Assembly (NCBI GenBank): GCA_963702005.1
Contig: OY969696.1
Span: forward strand, 736,001-800,000
Direction of reading: 5' to 3'
DNA: 64,000 nucleotides
Source: Candidatus Aminicenantes bacterium
Lineage (GTDB): Bacteria; Acidobacteriota; Aminicenantia; Aminicenantales; JAFGBC01
Both the position numbers and the translations under genes were made by a program. The notes beneath the pieces were generated by a model that saw only the letters and a list, made by a program, of their open reading frames with translations, did no database searches and was not told where the DNA came from. This document shows positions 10,484 to 20,149 of the stretch, one piece after another (position 1 is the first letter of the stretch; every line of letters starts with the position of its first letter).

Positions 10484-11227
10484 TCATCCGTAGGCCATGA
10501 ACAGGATGCTTTTCTTCTTGAGGATCTCCCGCTGGGCCTGGATGAGCTTGGCGATCCCATCGTCGGCCAGCTTGAGAAGGTTTCCCAGCTCCTTGCGGGT
10601 GAAGGGGTTCCGCTCGGCGCCGGCTTGGATCTCCACGAGCTGGCCCCGATCGGTCTCGACGACGTTCATGTCCAAGTCGGCCCGGGAATCCTCGCCGTAG
10701 TCCAGGTCGAGGAGGGTCTGGCCGGCCACGATCCCGACGCTGACCCCGGCGACCAGGTGGCGGAGGGGCATCTGGTCGATGACCTTGTCGTCCATCATCT
10801 TCTTAAGGGCCAGGGCCAGGGCGACGCAGCCGGCCGTGACCGAAGCCGTCCGGGTCCCGCCGTCGGCCTGGATGACGTCGCAGTCGACGATGATCGTCCG
10901 TTCCCCCAGGACGGAAAGCTCCGTGACCGATCTCAGGACCCGCCCGATCAGGCGCTGAATCTCCTGGCTGCGTCCCGACATCCGCCCCTGGTTCCGCTCC
11001 CGCTGGGTTCGTTTTTCGGTCGAGCGGGGAAGCATGGAGTACTCGGCCGTGACCCAGCCCTGTCCGCTGCCCTTGAGGAAGGGCGGGACCTTATCGTCGA
11101 CCGAAGCGGCGGCCACGACCCTCGTCTTCCCGACCTCGATATAAGCCGACCCCTCGGCAAAGTCGAGGTAGTCCGTCTTGATCCTGAAAAGCCGGAGCTC
11201 GTCGTCGGCCCGGTTGTTGAGTCTCAT
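10484..11227 (-). CDS. rph: Ribonuclease PH
   Basis: GWVTAEYSMLPRST, GRSQEIQRLIGR, DCDVIQADGGTRTAS. Confidence 0.95.
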   Translation of the reverse strand: MRLNNRADDELRLFRIKTDYLDFAEGSAYIEVGKTRVVAAASVDDKVPPFLKGSGQGWVTAEYSMLPRSTEKRTQRERNQGRMSGRSQEIQRLIGRVLRSVTELSVLGERTIIVDCDVIQADGGTRTASVTAGCVALALALKKMMDDKVIDQMPLRHLVAGVSVGIVAGQTLLDLDYGEDSRADLDMNVVETDRGQLVEIQAGAERNPFTRKELGNLLKLADDGIAKLIQAQREILKKKSILFMAYG

Positions 11228-11248
11228 GACCGTCCTTCCTTCGCGCCG

Positions 11249-12145
11249 TCAGGGCGCTCCGGCCGGCCGCGACTTCCAGCGATTGTGAAACCAGAGCCAC
11301 TGGGCCGGCCGCTCGCTTATCTCGGCCTCGATAATCTTAGTGCAGAGCTGGGTTATTTTCAACACGTCCCGGTCGAAGTCGCCCTCGGAACGGACCCGGA
11401 CCGGAGGATGGATCTTCAGGCGGTAGCCGCGCGGCGGGTCGGACGCGCAGAAGACGGGGAGGAGGGGGGCGCGGGTCCTGAGATGGAGGGCGGCCAGGGC
11501 CGGGGTCGTGGCGGCGGCCTTGCCGAAGAAGTCAACGAACACGGCCTGGCTGCGGAGGACGTTCTGGTCGATGAGAATGGCCACCATCTCGTTTCGACGT
11601 AGGGCCTGGAGGATCGGCCGCGACGCCCATGTCTTGTAGATAACCTCGGCGCCGAGCGCGGCGCGGACGGCGGCCAACTCCTTTTCCAAGAGCGCGTTAT
11701 CGAGTGCGCGGGCCACGACCTTGAGCCGTCCCCGCCGAGAGATCGAGGCGGCTCCGACCTCCCAATTTCCGAAATGGGCCGTGAAGAGTAAAACCCCTTT
11801 CCCTTCCCCGAGGGCGGCATCGAGATGCTCGGCGCCCTCGACCGAAATGCGCTTGGCGACTTCGTCGGGTCCGAGCTCGGCCAGCTTGAGGATGTCGAAC
11901 AGGATCGCGCCGAAATGCCGGAAGGAAGCGCGGGCGATCCGGTCGCGCTCGGGGACGGCCAGATCTCGGCCGAAGGCCGTCCGGAGGTTGTCCTTGGCGA
12001 GCCGGCGATGCCGGGCGTCCAGGCCGTAGGCCAGCAGGCCGAGGCCGCGGCCAAGAGCCAAGCAGATCGGCCTGGGCAGGATACGGATGAGGCCCCTCAA
12101 GGCCCTGAAGGCTAATAACTCGAACGGGCTTCGCTTTTGGGCCAT
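11249..12145 (-). CDS. Lipid A biosynthesis late acyltransferase (LpxL/HtrB family)
   Basis: HFGNWE, LIDQ, FVDFFG, QWLWFHNRWK motifs; adjacent to lpxK. Confidence 0.88.
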   Translation of the reverse strand: MAQKRSPFELLAFRALRGLIRILPRPICLALGRGLGLLAYGLDARHRRLAKDNLRTAFGRDLAVPERDRIARASFRHFGAILFDILKLAELGPDEVAKRISVEGAEHLDAALGEGKGVLLFTAHFGNWEVGAASISRRGRLKVVARALDNALLEKELAAVRAALGAEVIYKTWASRPILQALRRNEMVAILIDQNVLRSQAVFVDFFGKAAATTPALAALHLRTRAPLLPVFCASDPPRGYRLKIHPPVRVRSEGDFDRDVLKITQLCTKIIEAEISERPAQWLWFHNRWKSRPAGAP

Positions 12146-12148
12146 GAT

Positions 12149-13144
12149 TCAGGTCCGCGGAAAGAAGGGCTTCAAGGCCGTCTTGACCCGCTCGAAAAAT
12201 CCGCTCTCGAGCTCGATCCTGATCTTGAGGGCGAAGACGGGAAGCCCCGCCAGGAGTTCGCCCGGGGGATCAAGCTTGACGGCGTCTTTTTCGGTCGTGA
12301 CCGCAAGTTCCGCCCCCGATTCTTCGTACGCAGCGCGGAGGTTCTTTCGGCCGGGCGGCGGATAGCTGAAATGGTCGGGAAAGGCGAGGCGGCGCCGGAT
12401 GAGGGCCCCCGATTGCTCCAAAAGCTCGAAGAACCGCTCCGGCCCGGCAATACCGCAGAAGGCCAATACCTTTTTCCCGTTAAGCCGGTTCGCCGGGAGC
12501 GTTTCCTTCCCGTCCAAGCTCACGAGCCCGTCGGGACGGACCCGATAGGGCAGAACCTTTTCCGGCGCCAAGAGTTCGTCGGCTTTGCCGAGCCGGAGGC
12601 GGTTTCGGACGAGGACCAGATCGGCTCTTTTCAGGGAGGAGAGAGGTTCCCGGAGGATCGGGGACCCCGCCGGGTTGACCAGGACGATATCCAGATCGCG
12701 GTGAAGGCGGCGGTGCTGGAAGCCGTCGTCGAGAACCGCGACCTGAAATCCCATTTCTCGAGCCTTCCGGCAGGAGTCGAGGCGGCGCTTGCCGACGAAG
12801 ACCCCCGCTGCGGGAAGCTTGCGGGCGACCAGGGCGGGTTCGTCGCCGCCCTCCCGCCAGCCGGCCGGGAGTCCCTTGCCGGCCGACACGACCCCCCCAG
12901 GTCCTTCCCAGCGGCCTTTATACCCCCTGGAGATAAGCGCGGGCCTTAGGCCGAGGCCGAGGAGCCAGGACAGCAGCTCTATGGCCAGGGGTGTCTTTTC
13001 CGTTCCTCCGAACGAGATATTTCCGACGCTGATAACGGGAATGGAGGACCGGGCCGGCCGCCTGATGCCCCAGGCGTAGAGCCTGTTCTTGATCCGGCAG
13101 CCAGTCTGGTGAAGGAAGGAAAAGAGACCCCGAAGAACGACCAT
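12149..13144 (-). CDS. lpxK: Tetraacyldisaccharide 4'-kinase
   Basis: VISVGNISFGGTEKTP, SRGY, GDEP, LDDGFQH, TTEKDAVK. Confidence 0.92.
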   Translation of the reverse strand: MVVLRGLFSFLHQTGCRIKNRLYAWGIRRPARSSIPVISVGNISFGGTEKTPLAIELLSWLLGLGLRPALISRGYKGRWEGPGGVVSAGKGLPAGWREGGDEPALVARKLPAAGVFVGKRRLDSCRKAREMGFQVAVLDDGFQHRRLHRDLDIVLVNPAGSPILREPLSSLKRADLVLVRNRLRLGKADELLAPEKVLPYRVRPDGLVSLDGKETLPANRLNGKKVLAFCGIAGPERFFELLEQSGALIRRRLAFPDHFSYPPPGRKNLRAAYEESGAELAVTTEKDAVKLDPPGELLAGLPVFALKIRIELESGFFERVKTALKPFFPRT

Positions 13145-13258
13145 TCAGAGGGGACTATACATCATTCCCCTCCCTGATTCAACCGATCCCGGCCCTTTAC
13201 ATCTCGCTTGTATTTTCCTATAATACGTCGGTAGTTTTTCGTTGAACGAGGAGGAACT

Positions 13259-14125
13259 ATGAGGAGTAAGGCACTTATCGCGCTTCTCGCCGTCGGGATG
13301 GCGCTCACCTTCATCTCGTGCCAGAAAAAGGCCAAGGTCGAGGGCGTCGATCTGGCCGTCAGCTTCGCCGATCAGCCCCTGACCGACAACCTGATGACGA
13401 ACGTCACCTACGCCTGGAAGACGGCCGCGGGCTTCAAGAAGATGTCCCAGGACTTCATGGTTTTCGTCCACTTTTGGCACAACAACAACCTTCTGGTCCA
13501 AGACGATTATAGCCTTGAGGTTCCGACGACCAAATGGGAGCCCGGGAAGGAATACAAGACGACCCGGCGGATCTACATCCCCCGCTTCATAGACGAATTC
13601 GATCCCCAGTTCAAAGGCCAGGAAAACTTGGTTCTGGCCGTAGGCCTCTATAATCCCTATGACCGGACCGGCAAGTCCGAGCTCGAAGTCTACCGCAAGA
13701 AGCTCGATGTCCTACCGCCCCCCGTCGACACGCCCGAAATCATCTACGAGGACGGCTGGTACGACAAGGAGACCAACGCCGAAGCCGCCCTCAAGGAATG
13801 GCGCTGGACCGGCAAGGAAGCCAAGTGCCTGATCGATAATCCTCACCGCGACGCCCTTCTCGTCATCCAGGGCGGGGTCAACCTCGAGGCCGTGCCGGGC
13901 CAAAAGATCATCTTCAAGATCAACGACACGGTCCTTGATGAGTTCGCCCCTTCCTCGAGCGCCTTCGACAAGACCTACCGGATTAAAAAGGAAGCGCTCG
14001 GCGACAAAGACGACTTCGTCCTGACCATAGGCGTCGATAAAACCTTCGTCCCCGGAAAAATCTTTCCCCAAGCGGGAGATCAGAGGGAATTGGGCGCCCA
14101 GGTCTCTTTCATCTATTTCCGCTGA
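13259..14125 (+). CDS. Hypothetical lipoprotein
   Basis: Lipobox FIS|C, strong RBS GAGGAGG, high-GC3 codon usage, downstream terminator. Confidence 0.75.
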   Translation: MRSKALIALLAVGMALTFISCQKKAKVEGVDLAVSFADQPLTDNLMTNVTYAWKTAAGFKKMSQDFMVFVHFWHNNNLLVQDDYSLEVPTTKWEPGKEYKTTRRIYIPRFIDEFDPQFKGQENLVLAVGLYNPYDRTGKSELEVYRKKLDVLPPPVDTPEIIYEDGWYDKETNAEAALKEWRWTGKEAKCLIDNPHRDALLVIQGGVNLEAVPGQKIIFKINDTVLDEFAPSSSAFDKTYRIKKEALGDKDDFVLTIGVDKTFVPGKIFPQAGDQRELGAQVSFIYFR

Positions 14126-14140
14126 GCTGAATCGACTTTT

Positions 14141-14181
14141 AAGGCCGGCCTCCCGCCCGGAGCGGGAGCCGGCTTTTTTTT
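14141..14181 (+). terminator. Intrinsic terminator
   Basis: GCCGGC-CTCCCGC...GCGGGAG-CCGGC stem plus T8. Confidence 0.75.
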
Positions 14182-14267
14182 ATCTCAGGCAAGACAAGAC
14201 AAGATGAATGGAAAACAAGTCGGCGATAAAGGGCGAATAAGCTTAAAAACCTTGAAGGTCAGCGGAT

Positions 14268-14849
14268 TCAGAGAGGCGGCGCGTTCTCTTTCCCGACCCG
14301 GGCGATATAGTCGTCGAGCTCTTTTTTAACGGCGTTTTCTTCCCCCCGGGCCTTTTCCATCTTGTCGAAGGTCAGGGCGATCTCCTGTTGGATCGTATCC
14401 CGGGGCGTCATATCATCGAGGCTGTAAAATTGCTGCCAGAGGGCGGCTATTTTCAGCTCCAAGAGGTCGGCGTATTCCTTAGCCTGGGCGTATCTGGCCT
14501 CGAGGTTGGTCCGATAGCCGTCCGCCATCCCGGGAATCGCGCCCGGTTCCGAATCCAAGGGAGGCCCGTTAAGAGCCTGCTCGGCCTCTCCCTGGCGATA
14601 TTCCGTGGACTGCTCCCCTTCAGGGGCGGATTGGCCCGCCGTTTCCGTCTGGGGCGGGGCCGGCGGAGTTTCCAACCCGGCCTTCTTCTTATTTTTGCCC
14701 AAGTCGGCATTCGTTATGGCGACGGGCCGTTTTCCCTTGAGGCCGTCGCGACGTTCCTTCTCCTTCTTGGAGAGCTCGGACAGGCTTTGGGCGGCAAGGA
14801 TCGAAACAAGGAATAGGGGCAGGATCAGCATAATAAACGCTTTTTTCAT
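14268..14849 (-). CDS. Exported coiled-coil hypothetical protein
   Basis: Signal peptide MKKAFIMLIL..AQSL, helical C-terminus; TTGACA and TATAAT boxes upstream. Confidence 0.65.
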   Translation of the reverse strand: MKKAFIMLILPLFLVSILAAQSLSELSKKEKERRDGLKGKRPVAITNADLGKNKKKAGLETPPAPPQTETAGQSAPEGEQSTEYRQGEAEQALNGPPLDSEPGAIPGMADGYRTNLEARYAQAKEYADLLELKIAALWQQFYSLDDMTPRDTIQQEIALTFDKMEKARGEENAVKKELDDYIARVGKENAPPL

Positions 14850-14908
14850 TCCCATATCGCCTATAGAAATTATAGGCATGCCTCCGGTCTTTGTCAATCC
14901 GCCCCGCG

Positions 14909-14993
14909 AATTCGGGGGACACACGACTTAATTCCGGACTCCTTCTTTATCGACAATAGCAGCTTGAGAATTAAGTCGTGTGTCCCCCGAATT
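14909..14993. repeat. 26-bp perfect inverted repeat (MITE/REPIN-like) overlapping comEC 3' end
   Basis: AATTCGGGGGACACACGACTTAATTC (14909-14934) and exact reverse complement (14968-14993), 33-nt spacer. Confidence 0.8.
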
Positions 14994-17363
14994 TTCATGG
15001 GTGCGGATGGAGACGGACCGGCCGTCAGCCGTGATCTCGACGGCGCCGTCAAGGTCGGTCCGGTACAAGCGCACGCTGGCGTTTCTATACCTGGCCAAGA
15101 CGTCCTCATTGGGCAGGCCGTAGCGGTTGCCGCTCCCTACCGACAGGACTGCGATTTGGGGCCGGACCGCCTCTAAAAAAAGCGGGGAGCTCGAGGACCG
15201 GCTTCCATGGTGGGGGATCTTTAGAACCAGGCTGGCCAGATCGGGAAAGGCCTTGACGATGCCTTCCTCGGCCGCCGTGCCGACGTCGGCTGCCAGCAGG
15301 CAGGAAAAACCGGTCATTTTAAGCCTTAGGACCATGGATAGGTCGTTGTCAGCCGGAGCCGTTTCAGGAAGCGGCTCCGCCGGATGAAGGACTTCGACCA
15401 GGACGGCCCCTTCTCGAAGAGTCTTCCCCCTCGACCAAACGGTCTGCACGGTTCCGGGCGAGAGAAGCCGTTTGAATTCCGCGTAGGAAGGATCGCCGGC
15501 CGACCGGACCGCTTCATGGAACTCCTTGACCTTGAAGTTGCGGACCACGGCTTTGAGTCCTTCCAGGTGATCGGGATGGGCGTGGGTCAGGACAACATGG
15601 TCGAGGGTCTTGATCCCCTTCCTCCACAGGAAGGGCGAGACGATCCGCTCTCCGATGTCGAATCCGTCCCCCGGGATGCCCCCTCCGTCCACGAGCATCT
15701 TCCTGCGGCCGGGGAATTCGACCAGGATGGAGTCGCCCTGGCCGACGTCGAGGAAGGTGATCCGCAGCCCGGGCGAGTAAGCCGGCGGGAACGGATAGGT
15801 GACGATGAGGATGAAAAAAACCGCGAACCCGGTTAAAATCGCGGCCTTGGCCCTCTTGCTTTTCAGGGGCGCCAGGAGGGCCAGAAGCAGGAGGTAATAG
15901 GCGATGATGAGAAGGGGATGGGGCGCGGGGATGCGGTAGGACATGAAATGGACCGGGTCGAGGAGGCCGGCGATCCAAACGAACCCTTTCAAGCCGAACC
16001 GGAGGGCGGCGGCCAGCCACCCGGCCAGCGCAGTTGAGACAAAGGCCGTCAGGAAAAAGACGTAACCGGCCGCCATCAGTGCGGCGACCAGGGGGATGGC
16101 CGGCAGGTTGAGGAGGAAAGATGAGAACGTGACTCGGTTGAACGATGCCGCGATGACGGGAAGGACTCCGAGCTGGGCCGCCGTCGTCAGGGCCGTCATT
16201 TCCCCGAGTTTGAATGGGAGACGAGGCATCCGCTTGAGGAGAGGCTTGTAGAATAAAAGAATGCCTAAGGTGGCGAGATAGGTCAGCTGAAACCCGGCGT
16301 CGAAGACCTGGAAGGGATTGAAGAGGAGGATGGCCAGGGCGCTGGCCGCGATCGTGTTGAGGAGGTGGACGTCCTTCCAGAGGAGCTTCCCGATGAAGAA
16401 GGCGGCGGCCATGACCGTGGCCCTGACGACCGATGCGTTTCCTTCGACGAGAAGGGCATAGCCGGCCAGAATCACGGTCAGGATTAGGTAGGAGGGGCGG
16501 GGAGAGACGCGAATGAGGCGGAGCAGGAAAAAGAGCAGGACCGCGATAATCCCGATATGGGCGCCCGAGATGGCCAGGAGATGGTAGAGCCCGGAGCGCT
16601 GGAGGACGAGGTTGACGGATTCGTCGAGACGTCCCCTCTCGCCGATGAGCAACGCCTCGAGAACGCCCCCTTCGGTCGAGAGGCCGGGCGGAGGGCCTTC
16701 GCCGAAATGCGCCTCGACCTTGCGTTGGAGGGCTTGCCGGGCCGATGAGATGGGCCCGAAGAAAAACGCCCAGGGTCCGGTCCCGATCTTCTTGACGAGA
16801 AGAGGGCTCTTGGAGAAGGCCGAGGCGTGGATCTTCCGGTTGCGCAGGATCCGGAGGTAGGGAGGAACCCTGAAGTTTCGGTCGGACGATGATACGCCGA
16901 GCTGGGCCGAAACCATGATGCGATCGCCGGTCCGGAGGGGAGGGAGCGGGTTCTCGGCCGAGAACGGAACGGTAACCCTCAAGGTTCCGCTGACGGCCGA
17001 CTTGTCCGTCCCGGCCACGACCTCATCGACCTTGAGGTATAGCGTATCTTTGTCCTTGCCCCTTCCCGGCGATTGGGTCAAGGTTCCGTAGAAATCCGCA
17101 AACGCCGCGAGACGCAGCCGGTGCAGGCCGTTTTCCTCGTAGTTGCGCTCCTGCCAGACGAAGAGCAGCCCGCCCAGGACGAGCGAAGCGGCCCAGATCA
17201 TCCCCAGGCAGGCCTTGTCCTTCTTTCGCCAAGAAAAAATCCAGGCCGCGGCCAGGGAAACGCCCAGGGCGCCGGCCCAAGCTTGGAGGGGAAGAGGAAC
17301 GGATGAGGCCGTCACGATTCCGAGAACGACGGCCGCCGCGACGAAGAGAAGGGGGAAAGCCAT
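14928..17363 (-). CDS. comEC: DNA uptake competence protein ComEC/Rec2
   Basis: HLLAISGAH, GFQLTY, FLDVGQGDS, THAHPDH, HHGS, YRTD motifs. Confidence 0.93.
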   Translation of the reverse strand: MAFPLLFVAAAVVLGIVTASSVPLPLQAWAGALGVSLAAAWIFSWRKKDKACLGMIWAASLVLGGLLFVWQERNYEENGLHRLRLAAFADFYGTLTQSPGRGKDKDTLYLKVDEVVAGTDKSAVSGTLRVTVPFSAENPLPPLRTGDRIMVSAQLGVSSSDRNFRVPPYLRILRNRKIHASAFSKSPLLVKKIGTGPWAFFFGPISSARQALQRKVEAHFGEGPPPGLSTEGGVLEALLIGERGRLDESVNLVLQRSGLYHLLAISGAHIGIIAVLLFFLLRLIRVSPRPSYLILTVILAGYALLVEGNASVVRATVMAAAFFIGKLLWKDVHLLNTIAASALAILLFNPFQVFDAGFQLTYLATLGILLFYKPLLKRMPRLPFKLGEMTALTTAAQLGVLPVIAASFNRVTFSSFLLNLPAIPLVAALMAAGYVFFLTAFVSTALAGWLAAALRFGLKGFVWIAGLLDPVHFMSYRIPAPHPLLIIAYYLLLLALLAPLKSKRAKAAILTGFAVFFILIVTYPFPPAYSPGLRITFLDVGQGDSILVEFPGRRKMLVDGGGIPGDGFDIGERIVSPFLWRKGIKTLDHVVLTHAHPDHLEGLKAVVRNFKVKEFHEAVRSAGDPSYAEFKRLLSPGTVQTVWSRGKTLREGAVLVEVLHPAEPLPETAPADNDLSMVLRLKMTGFSCLLAADVGTAAEEGIVKAFPDLASLVLKIPHHGSRSSSSPLFLEAVRPQIAVLSVGSGNRYGLPNEDVLARYRNASVRLYRTDLDGAVEITADGRSVSIRTHENSGDTRLNSQAAIVDKEGVRN

Positions 17364-17366
17364 GCG

Positions 17367-18698
17367 CTAAGAGCCGATTTTGGAAGGGGCGGGCTCGACC
17401 CTGCTTTGGAGCTCGAGGCCGTCGAGAACGAGATGGCAGAGGAGCTTGATGGCCAGGGGGAGACTACGTTCGTCGGGGTTGAACAAGGCGCTGTTGAGAG
17501 GGGCCGCGCTCGAGAGTCGCGGATTCCGGACGCCGAGGAGGAAGAAGAAGCCGGGAGCCTTCTGGGTGTAGAAGCCGAAATCGTCCGAGATCGTCTGGGG
17601 GATGAGCGGAAGGACGTTGTCCTGTCCTTGGAGATCGACCAGGGTCGGCAGGAGGCTTCGAACGAGGTCGGCCAGGTTGACGACGGGAGGGATCACCGGC
17701 TTGATATCGAAGGCATAATCCGCGCCGAAGGGAGTCACGACGCCCCTGACGATGCTTTCGATCAGGCGGGGCATCCGGCGCCGGTTGGCCTCGCTCAGGG
17801 TTCGGACCGTGCCCTCCAGCACCGCCTTGTCGGCGACCATCCCGGCGCTCGTCCCGCCTTCGATAAGGCCGACCGTCAGGACGATTGGGTCCTGAGGATC
17901 GGCCGTCCGGCTGGCGATGGACTGGAGGGCGACGACGATTTGGGCGGCCAGGACGATCGCGTCGATCCCTTCATAGGGGCGGGCGCCGTGGGCCGTCCGG
18001 CCCTTGACGGTGATTTGGAACCAGTCGGCGCCGGCCAGGACGGGGCCGCTCGAGACGAAGACTTGTCCGAGCTGCTCGGGCCAGACATGAAAGCCGACGA
18101 TGGCCCTGACGGTCGGGTTTTCGAGAACGCCCTCGGCGATCATGGCCGCCGCCCCCGATTCGCCCCCGTCCGTTCCTCCCTCAGAGGCCGGCTGGAAGAT
18201 GAACTTGACGTTTCCCGGAATGATATCCTTAAGGCCGGCCAGGACCATGGCCGTCCCCAGGACGGCCGAGATATGGATATCGTGGCCGCAGGCGTGCATG
18301 ATGCCGGGATTCAGGGATTTATAAGGAAGGTCATTGGCCTCCTGGATGGGGAGGGCGTCCAGGTCGGCCCGCAGGGCAAGCGTGCTCCCGTGGTCGCGGC
18401 CCCGGAGAAGGGCGACGACGCCGGTCTTGGCGACGCCGGTCTTGACTTCGAGGCCGAGCGAGACGAGCTTGGCCGCGACGAGCTTGGCCGTCTCGACTTC
18501 CTCCCCGGCCAGCTCGGGATTCATATGAATGAAGCGGCGGATCTTGATGATTTCGGCCCGGCCTCGCTCGACGGCCTCGTCGATCCGCTGGGCGGTCGGC
18601 TTGTCGACGGCCCGGGCCGGTCCGGCCGCGAGGGCGCACACGGCCAGGGCCGATAGCATGGACGGAAGAATCGCCGCCGCTTTCCCATTCCCTCTCAT
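17367..18698 (-). CDS. M20D family amidohydrolase with signal peptide
   Basis: HMNPEL, LRADLDALP, MHACGHD, HGARP; several canonical residues altered. Confidence 0.82.
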   Translation of the reverse strand: MRGNGKAAAILPSMLSALAVCALAAGPARAVDKPTAQRIDEAVERGRAEIIKIRRFIHMNPELAGEEVETAKLVAAKLVSLGLEVKTGVAKTGVVALLRGRDHGSTLALRADLDALPIQEANDLPYKSLNPGIMHACGHDIHISAVLGTAMVLAGLKDIIPGNVKFIFQPASEGGTDGGESGAAAMIAEGVLENPTVRAIVGFHVWPEQLGQVFVSSGPVLAGADWFQITVKGRTAHGARPYEGIDAIVLAAQIVVALQSIASRTADPQDPIVLTVGLIEGGTSAGMVADKAVLEGTVRTLSEANRRRMPRLIESIVRGVVTPFGADYAFDIKPVIPPVVNLADLVRSLLPTLVDLQGQDNVLPLIPQTISDDFGFYTQKAPGFFFLLGVRNPRLSSAAPLNSALFNPDERSLPLAIKLLCHLVLDGLELQSRVEPAPSKIGS

Positions 18699-18762
18699 AG
18701 ACGCCTCTTGCGCCGCCCGGTGGCCCGGGCGGAATCCGAAACCGAAGCCGGACGCGCCGGCG

Positions 18763-19083
18763 CTATTTGGGCTCGTCCTTGGCGGGGCCCGGGGTCTTGG
18801 TCATCTCGTCGCGCTTTTTCTCGATGAAATCGCGGATGGCCTCGACGCCGTCCTGGGTCTTTTCCTTCACATACTGGACGCCCTTCTCGGCCTCCCGGGC
18901 GATCTTCTCGTAGTTCTCCTTGGCCTTTTCGCCGGTCTTGACGGCTTGCTCCTTGAGCTTCTTCCGGGTCTCCTTGCCGCTGGCGGGGGCGAACAGGACG
19001 CCGAGCACGAAGCCGGCGGCGGCCCCGATCAGGAACGAAACGGCGACTTCAAGGGCGCCCGACCCTTTGTGATCGTCTGCCAT
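18763..19083 (-). CDS. YtxH domain protein
   Basis: FLIGAAAGFVLGVLFAPASGKETR signature. Confidence 0.85.
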   Translation of the reverse strand: MADDHKGSGALEVAVSFLIGAAAGFVLGVLFAPASGKETRKKLKEQAVKTGEKAKENYEKIAREAEKGVQYVKEKTQDGVEAIRDFIEKKRDEMTKTPGPAKDEPK

Positions 19084-19084
19084 T

Positions 19085-19444
19085 TCACTTCTCCTTTCGC
19101 TTCTTGAATTGCTGCCACCCCATGCGAAGGAGCGGGAAGAGGAACGGCCACCACTTCGAGGAGGGGCGGATGACTTTGGTCGTCACGAACAGGGCGATCT
19201 CCGAAGCGGACTCCGTCATCTTCCGGGTGGCTTGGATGGTCCCGGCCAGGTCCTCGACGGCCAGGTTGACCTTGCGCTCGGTCTCCTGGAGGTTCCGGAG
19301 GAGGGCCGTCGCCTCGGCCATGGCTTTTTGGGCCTCCCGGGCCGTCCGGCTGAGCTGGAGGAAGAGCCGGGCCAGGAAGGCGAGGGCCACGACGGCCGCG
19401 ACGGTCAAGACCAGCCACAGGGCCTGGCTGAGGGTGATCTGCAT
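19085..19444 (-). CDS. DUF948-like membrane-anchored coiled-coil protein
   Basis: N-terminal TM then coiled coil; typical partner of YtxH. Confidence 0.65.
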   Translation of the reverse strand: MQITLSQALWLVLTVAAVVALAFLARLFLQLSRTAREAQKAMAEATALLRNLQETERKVNLAVEDLAGTIQATRKMTESASEIALFVTTKVIRPSSKWWPFLFPLLRMGWQQFKKRKEK

Positions 19445-19490
19445 GGTAACCTCAAAAATAGACCAAAAAGGGGGGCTTTGTCAATCGACG

Positions 19491-20108
19491 TCAGACGGCA
19501 GGCTCGGAAGGGACCGGTGTTTTTTTGCCGGGCGGCCAGAGCACCTTGTTGAGGCCGGTCAGGCCGAAGGCGGCCTCCATCCGTTCCAGGAGGTTGGGGT
19601 ATAGGCCCTCGGCTCCGGCCTTGACCGCGTCCTCCCACTCGGCGAGGAGCTCGGAAACCTCGAAGTCGTGCCCCTTGCGGCCGAGATGCTGGAGGCCCCG
19701 CAGGGCCTGCCAGTGGGTGATCATGATAAGGGCCAGGGCGCCGAAGAAGACGTTGGGGCCGGGGAGAAGCGTGGCCAGGCCGCTCAAGGGGAGGAGCAGG
19801 GTTTCTCCGACGAGGAGCAGGATATGGCGGGTCCGCTGCTTCTGGAGGAACAGGAAGAAGCGGAAGCGGACCTTCTTATCCTCGGTCCGGGCGGAGACGA
19901 GGATGCGGACCGAAGGACCCTCGAGCCGGGCGACCCGGGCCAGGGCCTGCTCCTGACGCAGGGAGCGCTGAGGGAGGAGGAGAAGCTTGGCTTTGGCTTT
20001 GTCCCAAAGCCTTCGCCAGCGGGTGGTACGGACTTCGATCGGCCGAACGGGCTCGGTCGAGAAGAAGCTGTACTTATGGCCGGCGTCTCGGACGAAGAAG
20101 AATGTCAT
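19491..20108 (-). CDS. Hypothetical membrane protein (LPGPN motif; resembles K+/H+ exchange-related family)
   Basis: ATG at 20108 (MTFFFVRD), hydrophobic hairpin with LPGPNVF. Confidence 0.55.
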   Translation of the reverse strand: MTFFFVRDAGHKYSFFSTEPVRPIEVRTTRWRRLWDKAKAKLLLLPQRSLRQEQALARVARLEGPSVRILVSARTEDKKVRFRFFLFLQKQRTRHILLLVGETLLLPLSGLATLLPGPNVFFGALALIMITHWQALRGLQHLGRKGHDFEVSELLAEWEDAVKAGAEGLYPNLLERMEAAFGLTGLNKVLWPPGKKTPVPSEPAV

Positions 20109-20149
20109 GCATTCTCTGGTACGCGCCGCCGCCGCGAAAGTTGGCCGGC

